From Antedon mediterranea (taxonomy: Eukaryota > Animalia > Echinodermata): a stretch of 64,000 bases of DNA. Numbering within the stretch: position 1 is the stretch's first letter; the number at the start of each line of letters is the position of its first letter. The translations under genes were made by a program, and so were the position numbers. Below the pieces are notes generated by a model. The model was not told the DNA's origin and did no database searches. It saw only the letters and a list, made by a program, of their open reading frames with translations. Positions 13,471 to 25,596 of this stretch are shown here, piece by piece. Location of the stretch: contig NC_092679.1 of NCBI RefSeq assembly GCF_964355755.1, forward strand, positions 13,313,432 through 13,377,431. The letters are read 5' to 3'.

Positions 13471-16400
13471 CGACTTAAAATTAAAATATATAATTGAATA
13501 CAACATCCTGGTGTAGGTTTCTGGTTCTTTTTGGTGATAAAACAAGTGTTCCTGGACAAGGAGTCAACGGACATCCAAACCCATACATCTTTTGAGAGAG
13601 TAGACTAATTGCATCCACTGTCCCTGGTGAAGAATGAGCAATGTTTTTTCAATGGCACAACACGAATAGACTCTACAGAGAGATGGAAGTTGTATGGGTT
13701 CATACACATGTGCGCAATCCAGCATAGTATACACTGAAAGTTATCCTTTTAAGTTTAAATTGGCATAAAAAAATGAAAAATATTTAAAACTTTGGATTTG
13801 GTTTTTAATATGCTGCATGGATGTTGTTAGTTTAAGGGACGATTGTCAAAAAGCTACGGGTAGGTGGGCAAAAATAGTTGTCTTGGGGTGGGTGCTGTGT
13901 TTATTAGCCTAAGCTTTAGACTTGGGGTGGAAGACATTTTAGGTTGGTGTTCTCTTCCAACTGCATGAAGATTTTGATTTTAGGTGGGTGTCCCAGTTCA
14001 GCACAATTACTTCCATTAATTAGTGGTGCTATGCATGCCTTCCCAACAATTGTGGACAAGTTAAGTGCCTCAGAGATTAGTACAGTAGTTTATATTGTGC
14101 CTTTTATGTTGTGTTTATGTTTATGTGCTTTATATAACACATACAGATTCCTTTTATTATCCAATATAATGGAAATTACAGTGATCATTTGGCTTGCCTT
14201 AAATAAATGGATTGTGGCTCAAATACTTAGTCTGTGGGCTCCTCTACATCAAAATCCTGGATCCTCTCCTGGTAGAGTTTACAAATGCAGATTCCAAATT
14301 GGAAAAATTAAGTATCTGGAGACTTTATAAAATGTGGTTAAATCATATAGGGCGCTTTCATTTTTTATGATACACAAACATAGAGGGCGCTATTTAAAGA
14401 TCTCTGGCATCAGCATCTAATACAGTAATTACAATGATGCACTTCAAGTGACTTCTACCTTTAAAGTCTGTTTTCCACTGGACAAATCCAACATCAAAAA
14501 GAGAAAAAAAGCGTGCTATACTTTTAACAATTTTTCCCCAGCTTAGCTGAGTGCTCATGAAAATATCATACCTCATTTCCTGAGCTCTGATTGGTCGCAC
14601 AATTTCTACAAACAACTACTAATTCCGCTGAACAAAAAACTCAAGGAATTCTTCCCAGATTTGGAAGATAGAAATATGAATACCAATATGCGTATATAAG
14701 CCGACACATACAAATGCGAGAATAGATTTTGCAGAATGTACTGTAGTAGTATTAGTAGTAACAAGAATTTGTTAGATCAAAGTTTCTTCTGTGGTTGCGA
14801 CACGATTAGTTCCATGCCTCCTAAATGTTTTACTAATTTTCGGTTTGCCAATTGGCTTCCTCAATTTTTGTTAAACCGTGTATTGGTACTTACTTATTTA
14901 TTCAAAAAATGTAATTGTAAATTAATCAATGAGTTATAACTTTACAATTTCATGAAAAATAACGGCTGTGCGTAACAGCGAACTGTTGCCTGAATTTGTC
15001 ACAGCCAATCATAAGATCAAAGGACTGAAGTTCCTATCTTAGCAAGGCAAGCTCAATCATTTTGTTTGATTGACTTGGCTACTTGAATAGTTAAAAGATG
15101 TATTGTCCCCCAAAAACATGAACAATTATTAGATTAATAAAATCAGTATTATTATCATTTTGTAATTTTAGTATTAAAAGTTAATCACTTCCATGTACAA
15201 AGACAAAATAAATGGTTAAATTATTAACCAAAACCTTATTGACTGACACTGCACTGCCAGCCAATTTGACTCATTTTACTTTATATTATAGTTTTTTCAG
15301 GTAAATATTCTTATTTTTTTCAGATCCAATTTTTGGTCAAAACATTGAAGAGGTCTCAATAGTAGAAATGCATTGAGCAAATCTTTATCTGAAGTTGAGA
15401 ATTTCCAAGAAAAGCAGACTAATCTGTGTATACAATCCATAAAATAAACGTTGAAAAGTAGTTATTGTCACCAATTGAGTATATATAATTTTGTAAAACC
15501 CAATACATTTTAGACCTTGATACAAAGTTCACCAGGTCAAATTGATTCCCAGGGGCCAGTAACAATATGAATATTCATTGTACCAGGGTTGCTGATACAT
15601 AAACCCTGGACTGAAGTTCATTTGATTAAATAATAACTTGCAGTGTATTTAATAACAATTTCCAATAAAATTCTATTATAATACTTTCTGTGGCTGACAG
15701 ATCATAAATAGTAATATGCGAAGGGGATGTCTTTCACTGTCACTCTATGATCTATTTATGAATACTCAAGCTCAAATTCATAAATAGGCATAGCAGGCAG
15801 GATCAGATTCTTTAACTTGAAAACTAACATTTGGTCATGTTTGTACAGTACAGTAAAACATATATTTTACAAACATTCAGTTTATAAATCATCGATTTTG
15901 GGAATGGGTTATGACACGATGAAGTCATTGATGAACAAATGAAATGTTTACATGATTTCTGACTGAAACTTGAAGTTGAAATTGAAAGGAATCGGCAGAC
16001 AGCCTAGAAAAAAATAATCAGAGGCTATGTAAACTACAGTAAACGGTATGCTATTGCTAAACTTCAGTCAAGCCACACATACTGTATAATACTGTAGGTA
16101 ACCGCAGAGTTCCATTATTTACATACGTTGGATTGGAGCGCTATACATTTTATGCATGCATGACTGCGGTGTCACTTTGAATCGTTTAACATTCATGGAC
16201 CAGCTCACTGCGCTTTACGCATCCACATCTGGGCTGTATATTATATCCAGGGACTCGTTTTCATGTTTCTATCATTCTCCTTTTTAAATGTTGAGGGCCT
16301 CATCAATATTAGCCGCAGATGTTTTGTAAATATTTGTAAATAATGCTAAACCATTTGTGGCTTAAGTGTAAACATAGCCCACAACTTCTGTCCTGAAATT

Positions 16401-17200
16401 CAAGTAAAGATCTTGCAGTTTTAGTATTGAGGTATACCTCAATTCTCAATACCTTGAATTAAGCCATGCTTTATATTCAACAAGTCTTCGTTGCATTTTT
16501 TGCTGTACTACTAAATGTAGGTCTGGTTCCACTGGCACAACATTCCCTTTATTTAAAAAAAATCAATGTCAAAAGTTGTCTGGCAAGGACAATGTTGGCG
16601 CAGGACATTAGGAACAAGACAGACTGAAAGTCTATATATTAAAAAAAGTATATTTAACTAATATCTGGAGATGAACACTTGTTGAATCATAAAGGATTGA
16701 CAGTTACTTACTAAAAACAATTGTAAACATTATAGAGGGTGCACTTCTAAAACACAGTATAAGATAATGTAGACTGGTTTATAAAATGTTTGGTTATTTA
16801 AAATTGAACTGTCGGTGATTAATATTCAGCTGAAAAGAACTTTATCTTGTTTAATTATCTTTGCATACTAATTAATATGTTTGCTATCTGATTTCCTAAA
16901 ACAATTCATTAACTTTTAATTATCAGTCGTCTAATAGTATAGGATCAACACTTTTCAAGTAACCTTTTCACCATACCATATAATACTATAGAAGGAAGGG
17001 TCAATTACAAATTATTTTGTTTTCTATAAAATAAAAAAAAGTTACAGAATTAATTAATTAATAATTAGGCTACAGTATAACCCTTTTTTAAAAATCTTTG
17101 TTCAGAAATTAAATAACACATAAAGTTACATATAATATTCACCTTTTTAGATAGATACTTACAGTATTATTTTGAAAAACATTTTCTTTTCTTCAGGTTT

Positions 17201-17484
17201 ACAATGGCATAATAGTTTTTCTGTGCGTAATATTCTAACGTATGACGTGCACGTGGCATCTGTCGTGCGGATAACCTAACTCGTCCATAGCGACGAGTTC
17301 AAATCTAGTTTTTCAATTTATATATCAATTATCATCACACACAATGGTCACAATGGCATAATAGTTTTTCTGTGTGAAATATTCTAACGTATGACGTGCA
17401 CGTGGCATCTGTCGTGCGGATAACCTAACTCGTCCATAGTGACGAGTTCAAATCTAGTTTTACAATTTATATCAATTATCATCC
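17201..17484 (+). repeat. Tandem 149-bp duplication carrying a Helitron-like 3' end
   Basis: Two near-identical copies, each with hairpin AACTCGTC..GACGAGTT followed by CTAGT (17305, 17454). Confidence 0.7.
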
Positions 17485-19445
17485 CAATGAATAATAATAA
17501 TAATACAGTCTTGGTATTTTCTGTTACTCCATTTAACACTAAACAGACAAATGCCTCGATTGCACTGGACTTTAATTTGGTAAAATTAACCAAGTCGCCG
17601 GTTAAATTGACCAGAAAAAATCCAATCCAACACTGACTACAGTACAATTCCCTAGTATAGTAAATTAACAAAGTCCAATGGTTATTTTTACTGACCACTG
17701 CCTGCCCAGTAGAAATGACCATGATCTCGGAAAAAGTAACCACGCCAGGTAAAAGTAAAATCTATGTCTCAACTCAGGTTATCACATAGCATTCACCATG
17801 CAAGTTCATATTCTTTAACATCACAGATATTTTGGTAAAACCATATTAAAACTTGCTGCGTGAAATGGTCAAATTTACCTTGGGTAAGGTTTACGTTGGT
17901 TAAATTTACCATTCTCCTAGTGCGAATGAGGCTTTAAGTCTATTACTATTACAGAGCACAATTTATCTTCTAACAAAATAATATATTCAGGTTATTTGTA
18001 AAATTATAAATAGCAATAATTTGTAGAGATAATAGTATGTGACTCTAAATTGTTGTTAAATGTTTTTATTCCACTCGTAGTACTACGAACTACAGTAGTA
18101 CATCTAATCCATTCAAAAAGGTGAATATTAATGAGGGTTGCTTAGCAACCTGGGCCCTTGATTCTGTGATTAGTACTACAGTATAGCGAAACAATTGTAT
18201 TTTGTTGCTCATCTATTGACATACAACAAAAACTTAATTTTCTCTTCATTACATCTACTGTACAACAAAACATATTCAATATATCTTTCAAATTTGATCT
18301 CATTACATTTTGACATTTCTCTATCTTAAAATTTAGGAGTGATTCATTGTATAATATTTCAGATTAAATCTTGGCTTAGTCTTACTCATTGTACATCACA
18401 GTAAAATTTTGGAAATTTTTTGGCACAATTCCAAATGATTGGATCCTTGTTGGAAAGGTTTTGACTCAGCAGTGAGTCATTAGCCCATGATATGTTCAAA
18501 TGACACCACCAACAAATTTACGTAATTCTTAATTTGTGTATTGTTGTACATTTTGGAAAGTTAAAACACAATGAACCAAAAATGATAGAAATTGATTGAC
18601 AAACATCTACTTTATACCATGAATATATATAACTTGCATTGGGTGTTAATGTTATACATACTGTAGAGAGACAGAGATACAGTATAGACCAAGGTCCTTT
18701 TAGTTTAAATTTAATTCGAAGGGATTTAGTCTACACACTGTTTGGTACTGTACTTTCTGTACCTACTGTATCCGTAATCGCATCTGTACTTTTTGACCAA
18801 GTAGTACTGTTCGTTTTACCATAACTTCTGATTAGAGGACTTTCTGAACCACATCGTTAATTCTTCTTGCCCACCACTGAAACTTACTAGACAGTTTAAC
18901 CTCAAACCAGTGCAAATGCTATCACTCGGTATAAACTTACTGAGCCACATGAATGAGAATGCTTTCTGCATTTCTCTTTCGACTATGGCAACTCACCAAG
19001 TAAAGGAAGTCCATGTGATTACTAACAGTACAGTAAGATTTGGTGACTTGTACTGTACTGTAACTATACTGTCAGTGATCATGTATTAAAAGGGTGTACC
19101 TTAAACAGAAACCAATTCAAAGTTACTGTACACCTGGTGCCAAACATGGGGATCTATGCAATTTATGCAACAATCAATCATTTTATAATTTATTTATCAA
19201 TTACTGAACATTTTGTACAAAAAAAAATTGGTTCACAATTAAATCAAAAGTGGTCATTGTCAATGTCAGTGGAAAGTTTTCCTTTTATAGTAGTCTATTC
19301 TTACTGAATGATGTCATTTCTATTCTTACAAGTTGATTCATAATGTAATTGGTTATATGAGAGGTGGACCACAATTGATCTGTTATGTTTACCCAGTAAA
19401 AAGTATGTACTGTAACAATTTAACATATCAAAAATGTATGGCTTC

Positions 19446-21227
19446 CTACGCTCGCGCTAAGGTCAAATTTTCGTTCGCCAAAATGGCAAAAAGTTTTGAA
19501 AAACATTAGCCAAATTGAAAATCCTTTAGCCAACTTTAAAAAACCATAAAAATTCGCAAAAATGTTTATTAAATAAATAATGCATGTATTTGTTTGTTAT
19601 TTTACTTCTTTTACATTTATATTATTATTAGGTATCCCAATGAAGCTGATTTTCGTTACCGCGATTTTATCACGTTCGTGAAATTTCAAAAAGTGACGTG
19701 TCTTTGAAGTTAAAAATATACTATGTCTTATGTACCCATGAGAATAAAAATTATATGCCTGGAAAGATCTTGTTTAAGGGATTATTTTTATATATTTTTA
19801 ATCTATGTTTATTAAATATTTTAATAGAAAACGCGAGTTAAAAATGAGGTACAAAAGCCGGCGAGCCGAAATCTGCGCGCTAAAAATAACTTTGGAAAAC
19901 ACCTACCCATTTTCGCACCCGATCGCACGAGGTCCTTAATAGGTGGTGGAGTAATTTTTGTTGCATGTTATCAGGCTTTAAATACTCTTTATTTTGATAT
20001 GTAAATCGGTTATTATTATTATGTACATCCGCCTCATATGTCAATTTTAACGATAAAAATTCAATTTTTGAGTCTTTCTCATTATCAAAATCTGGCTAAT
20101 TTAGTATTGAATTAAAGCTAATTTATATTTCTGTTTGATAAACCACATCGTTTTATTTGACTTTGCGTGGACCTGGTGCGAAGAAACCAACAAGACCAAC
20201 CACTGAAAAAAATAATCCCTACCATAAATATCAGTGTTTACCATTTTCCTTACGGGGGATTCAGTTCTCCGCTTATTACTAAATTACCGTCGCCCAGGCA
20301 ATGTGCATGGTATGCATGTATTAGCGCGTTAATTAATGATTGGATAACCCCCGCAGTGGACTGTTCCATTTTCTGAACTAGTCTTCGCCGCACACGAGGC
20401 ATGTCGAAAAATGTCGCCTCTCATCATGGAATATTTGCTTCGAAATGTCAACTTTACCGATTTATTAAATTATTTAATAAGTGGAATATTTATCAATCTA
20501 TTATATAAAACAAGTACGTTAGAAAGAAATGTACCGCAGAAATTTAAGAAGCTTTGAATTTGCTATGCAGCGGCCATAACCCATTCTATGGGCCGAAACG
20601 CAAACGCGCTTTGGCCAGGGTTGCCGTTGTGTAGTATAGTACGTTGTTTCTTAGCTATTCAATTTAAAGCGCAACTTTCGGTTAGAATAATCGAAAGGGA
20701 AATAAAATTAAACATGTTAACATTATACTATTGAGGTAAATACTTTGTTAAATTTAAAATTCCCCTTTTTAAATAACAGAACAGCCTCGTTTACGGAAGT
20801 ATTCGTCCACATGTTTCTGTTTACATTTTCTTCTTGAAGTTCATTTTCTACGTCGAAGAATAGGGACTTCCCCTTTTATTCGCCCATCATCACGTCGACG
20901 ACGACCGGCCACGAACCAATCACATTAACTGTGTGTCATTAAAACGTCATCGAGGCACGCTCTGCGCATGTTTAAACAGAACTAAAAAAATGAACACGGC
21001 GATCGTGACGTCGTCATATAAAATGCTGTGGTGGTAAAAAGTGTACCCGAGTCAGAAAGTACTGAAGTGTGGCGAATTCTCGCTCCCATAGAAGTCACGC
21101 CGACCAGGCTAGGCCTAGGCTTGGAAATGTATTTTCGCCAATTTGGCGAACGAGGCAATAATTATTTTCGCCAAATGGAGACTCCAGTCGCCATTGGCGA
21201 ATTGGCGAGCGGTTAGCGCGAGCATAG
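19446..21227. mobile_element. Non-autonomous DNA transposon with 5-bp TSD (hAT5-like)
   Basis: TIR CTA(C/T)GCTCGCGCTAA; GCTTC at 19441-19445 and 21228-21232; subterminal TCGCCA/TGGCGA repeats. Confidence 0.75.
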
Positions 21228-21270
21228 GCTTCAACTCATGGTATATTGTAACAGTACACCCTTTACTGTA

Positions 21271-21411
21271 AGCTTGGTTCCCACTTGGACGCAATGCAAG
21301 CCCACTGTTAATAAATGAAATGGATCATTTAAACTGTCGCTTGTGATTGGTCAACCCAATTGTGTTGCGTTACTGTACATTGCTGCATTGTGTCTGTGTG
21401 TGAACCAAGCT
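21271..21411. mobile_element. Harbinger-like MITE (family also near 31360, 50196, 55760 and 62935)
   Basis: TIR AGCTTGGTTC(C/A)CAC...GTGTGAACCAAGCT with internal ACGCAA repeats. Confidence 0.65.
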
Positions 21412-21592
21412 TTAAATAGGTTTTCTTCCACATCTACTTCCTTGCATTTGATTATAGTCTGTATGTAAATTACGTTCGTACCATCAATTTTAAATAAATG
21501 TGTATGAATAAGCCGAATCTAGACAGGGCGGTTCTATGTAGCTAACAATTAAAAATTAAAATGAATTCAAAAAGCTTTTAAAAATAAAACTA

Positions 21593-23685
21593 CAGTCGAC
21601 TCCGCCTAAGTCGGGACCGGTATAAAAATACGAGTTATGCAAACTTCGACTTACAGATTTGTAAAAAAAATGCTAGGCCTAGGCCTACACTACACTACGC
21701 GCGATCGCGGCCCACACAATGAGCCTTCTTGAATTGAGTTTGCTTAGCTAGCTAGGCATAATAAATGCTAAGCCTCTTTTATCGGCAATGATAAACTGTA
21801 TTTTCTTTATGGTTTAAAGTGGAGCTCCACCCAGAAAATTACTATTTTTCATACATTTCAACTATTATTTAAAAATATCATCCCCCATACTTCATATTTT
21901 TTTGAATTTTTTTTCAATGAGTACGAGTTTCTTGAAAATCACGCCTTTTTGCGTTTTGGGGGGATACCTTGTAATTTCCTATTCTTTTACATGCAAAAAG
22001 GGGGTATATTTGAATAATCCTAAAAAATTAATTTCTTCACAAAAAAAAAAATTTTAAATGTAGTTTTATGTAATTTTTCCAGATCTTTCCATTTCTGGTA
22101 TAGTTATCGCGTATACATTGCGCAATTTTGCGTAAATAGACACTTTCCCCCGTTCGGGTCCAATTGGGTTTTTTATTTTGCTAGGGAGTATGATCACGTG
22201 ACATTTTTCACAATCACACTACTGCAGCTGGCGATCTGTTATTTTGTCGCGATGTTATTTTTGACGGGCAAAAAGTATATTAAAACATTCTGAATGTGAC
22301 CCTATCATGTTTCACAGTGTAATAATGTGATTATGAGACTTATTACTAAAATGTCAAATCTAACGAGATTTGAGAAAGATGTGGCTATATATTCAATAAA
22401 GCTAGGCCTAGGCCTACTAGAGTGTAGGTATGTACCGATGCTGCTTGGGCTCCAGCTGCTAGGCTGACACTCAGCAGTGAAGTTTGTTCTGCTGTCACCC
22501 AACCTCGGCCTACCCATCATATGGGCCATGATAGGGTGCCTGAATAGTTGCTTTTCAGTCAGGCCTAAGCTTCCACATCGCTTTACTACTCTTGTTCTGT
22601 ATAGGATTTTGTGTTTCACAATTCTAATGTGCGAGAAAACCCAGGAATGATAAATGGGGCGAAACGACCAAGAATTTTCAAACCCATGAATGCATATAGG
22701 CCTAGACAAAAAATTCAAGGCTAGCTAGGCTGAGCAGATGGCTTAGCTAGGCCTAGCTTAATTATTATGCTGTTGTTGTACAGTGCAAATCATGAGGTTA
22801 CAATACATGTAAATTATACCAGGGAGTTGCTCCCTGATTATACTGACATTTTTATCGGAAATATTACTTAGGCCTAAACAAATCGTATAAAATGTATTCC
22901 CCATTTTTCGACACATAATTTACCAAAGGGGAGACATTTCACCCATGCGTTCACCGGCGACTAAAACGCGTCAGTTGCTAAGTGTAACGCGTTTCGCGAC
23001 GTATTGTAAACTAATAACCCCTAAGTTACTGAAAAAGTGTAATGTATTAAAAAACACTATTTTCTGACCGATTTTTTAGAAATGAGTTTTTGGAAACTAC
23101 TTCTGTATTTTCCTTGTTTTTTTTATGTAATCACTTTCAATTAAACATACTTAAACATAATATAAGCTGAGAAAGTCTGAGTGTAGCTCCACTTTAAGCC
23201 GTATGAAAACGTATAATAAATACATTTCGGTTCTTATTCGAAATCGGTATCCATTGTTTATTGCCATCTGTCTAGCACAAAATTGGTACCCACAAAACGC
23301 CGCTCAAGTTCTCAACTCTAAAAACACTCATACAGTATAATTATACTAGCGCGAGTTGTAGGACGCCACCTATACTATACAACCTGCTTGAGAGAACCGA
23401 TATGGTCCCACATTATCACCTCTGTCGTTTGTTTATCAAATTACGTACTGTACGTTTCATCGCTTTTTTAGCGCGTTGTTGCCGCGTGATTTGTAACTTC
23501 GACTTATACGATATAAATCACTAAAGAATGTGTGTATTCGGACCGCAAAAAGACGTCGACTTAGATGAATTTAGACTTAGAAAAATTTGACTTACAAATC
23601 AAAATTACACAGTAATGTATAGGAAAGAATTGGGACTTCCGCAATTTTTTGACTTACACAAATTCGACTTAGGCGGAGTCGACTG
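21593..23685. mobile_element. Tc1/mariner-pogo MITE
   Basis: TA|CAGTCGACTCCGCCTAAGTCG...CGACTTAGGCGGAGTCGACTG|TA; internal CGACTTA repeats. Confidence 0.9.
21818..23193. mobile_element. Kolobok-like non-autonomous element nested in the pogo MITE
   Basis: TTAA|AGTGGAGCTCCAC...GTGTAGCTCCACT|TTAA. Confidence 0.82.
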
Positions 23686-24132
23686 TACAATACAATACTA
23701 CTGATCTACTGCATTTTTTGCTTGTGAAGACCGTTCAGTTCAGAATCGACAAGATTGGGAACTTGTGTTATGCATACATGTTGGTCAGTTGTTTGTCCTA
23801 CAGTACAGTACTCTAACATAATTTTCTACTTTATATTATTTAAGTATAAACACAATTTCTCAACTCCCTGACACACAAAAGCTACTCCATAGTTAGCTAA
23901 ATACATTATTATTATTATTATTACTGTAGTGTAACTTGTTGGTATACCCGCTTACTTAAGCTATAATCCAACCCCAGCCATCAGCACAAGCTCAGTGTTC
24001 TAGAGGTACACGAAAGCCAGGCTACAGTAGTATTAAGTAGTGAGTGGTTATTTTTGTTTTCTAATGCCAATGGTCTTCATGCACACACTAAAGTTTGGGC
24101 ATTTCCTTCTGTACAAGGTACCTTCTCAGTAA

Positions 24133-24460
24133 ATGTTAAATGTTAATGTATGGTCCTCAAGCTTAACTGGAAACTGAGGAAATTCAGATTAGGCCCTCCA
24201 CGGACCCACGGCAGCCAGCGCCTACCAGATCAGTACAACGGGAGACGATTTCCTACTCTTTTCAAATAGTGTACCAAGTTCTTTAACGTGCAGTTAAGTA
24301 CACGGGACCAACGGCTTTACATCCCATCCGAAGGATGAGGCAATAAGAGTAAAGCATCTTGCCTTTAGGATGCAATTAGTACAGGTATGGTACAGATAAC
24401 CTCGAGCCCACGCCTATCAAAGTCCAATATTATCATTACACCATCACTCTCTGGTGTACT
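24133..24460 (-). mobile_element. Deu/Nin-domain SINE with (ACATT)-like tail
   Basis: Minus strand: tRNA-like A/B box remnants, CCTTCGGATGGGATGTAAAGCCGTTGGTCCC, GTTAAAGAAC, AAAGAGTAGG, tail ACATTAACATTTAACATTT. Confidence 0.7.
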
Positions 24461-24469
24461 GTATCAGTA

Positions 24470-24570
24470 GCCGCTATTTCTAGACGGTCTCCCATCCAGA
24501 ACGTAACCAGGCCCAACATTGCTTAACTTCAGTGATCTGATGAGAACCGGTGTTTCAACGCAGTATGGAC
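24470..24570 (-). pseudogene. Degenerate 5S rRNA-derived sequence
   Basis: CCATACTGCGTTGAAACACCGGTTCTCATCAGATCACTGAAGTTAAGCAATGTTGGGCCTGGTTA..TGGATGGGAGACCG matches 5S with many substitutions and truncated ends. Confidence 0.85.
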
Positions 24571-24571
24571 A

Positions 24572-25530
24572 TATAATACTATACAGATATTGACTGCTTA
24601 GAGGTTAAATATAAGATTTGACATCCCCGAGGGAATGATATTAAGTTCGAGGGAATATATATTTCCCGAAGCGCCAGCTGAGGGAAATATATATTCCCCT
24701 CGAACTTAATATCATTCCCGAGGGGATGTCAAATCTTATATTTAACCGATATAAAAGGCAATATCTGTTATATTATATAGCCAAGAACAAGTCTGCTGGG
24801 TTGGGTGAAGCTAGGCTAGGCCTCCTATAGTATTTGTATTGTATTTAAACAAGCCTGCCTAGACACCTTACTGTACCTTGCGAAGAATAATATACAGATA
24901 ATTACTAATTAATGATTCCTTGGCAACAAAATATTCACTTAGGCCTAGGTCGTTTAAACTAACAGAAGAATTTCCATCAATAAGCCTATTAAAAATAATA
25001 ATATTATAATCAGGTAGGCCGAATAAACAATTCGTCTTCTTCTCGATCTTCGAGGAGCTGAATCACCGGATGTTCAGCGCGTACTAGTTACTAGGTTACT
25101 ACCGTGAGTATTGACCAATCACAAACGGTGTTTCATCACATTTAGGGTGAACTTATAACAAATGAGGGCGCTATGTATGCATAGTTTAAATAGTTTAGAA
25201 GATTAATTTCTTCAAGCAACTTCCGTGGCGCAACGGTTGAAGCGTTGTCTTGCGATGGAGTGACAATTCCACCCGAGTTCAAGATCGAGTTGATGACTTT
25301 TGTTTATTTATCGGCAACGCGAGTGTTGGCACACGAAAATTACACAGTCAATATCATCGTACTCGAGAATCTATATGTTTAATGACAGGAGACACGATAA
25401 TTACGCGAAAATTACACAGTCAATATCATCGTTCTCGAGAATATATATGATTTACGATCCTCGCAGCGGTAGTCATGTGATGCAGTTTCAACCAATCACG
25501 TTAGCGTATTTACATAGGCTATGTAATATT
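24572..25530. mobile_element. Non-autonomous element with terminal ~200-bp palindrome (Crypton-like)
   Basis: Near-perfect ~64-bp arms (24603-24667 / 24682-24747) around a GAAGCGCCAGCTGA loop; TATTATATAGCC (24771) is inverted to GGCTATGTAATA (25517); no TSD seen. Confidence 0.55.
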
Positions 25531-25596
25531 GTATAATATGGCAGTATTTATAATATATCTTTGATGACAGAACTTAAAATATGGTAATGCTATTTT

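Noticed and set aside
24470-24570. Functional 5S rRNA gene
   Set aside because: Truncated ends, many substitutions and no terminator, so treated as a relic or SINE head.
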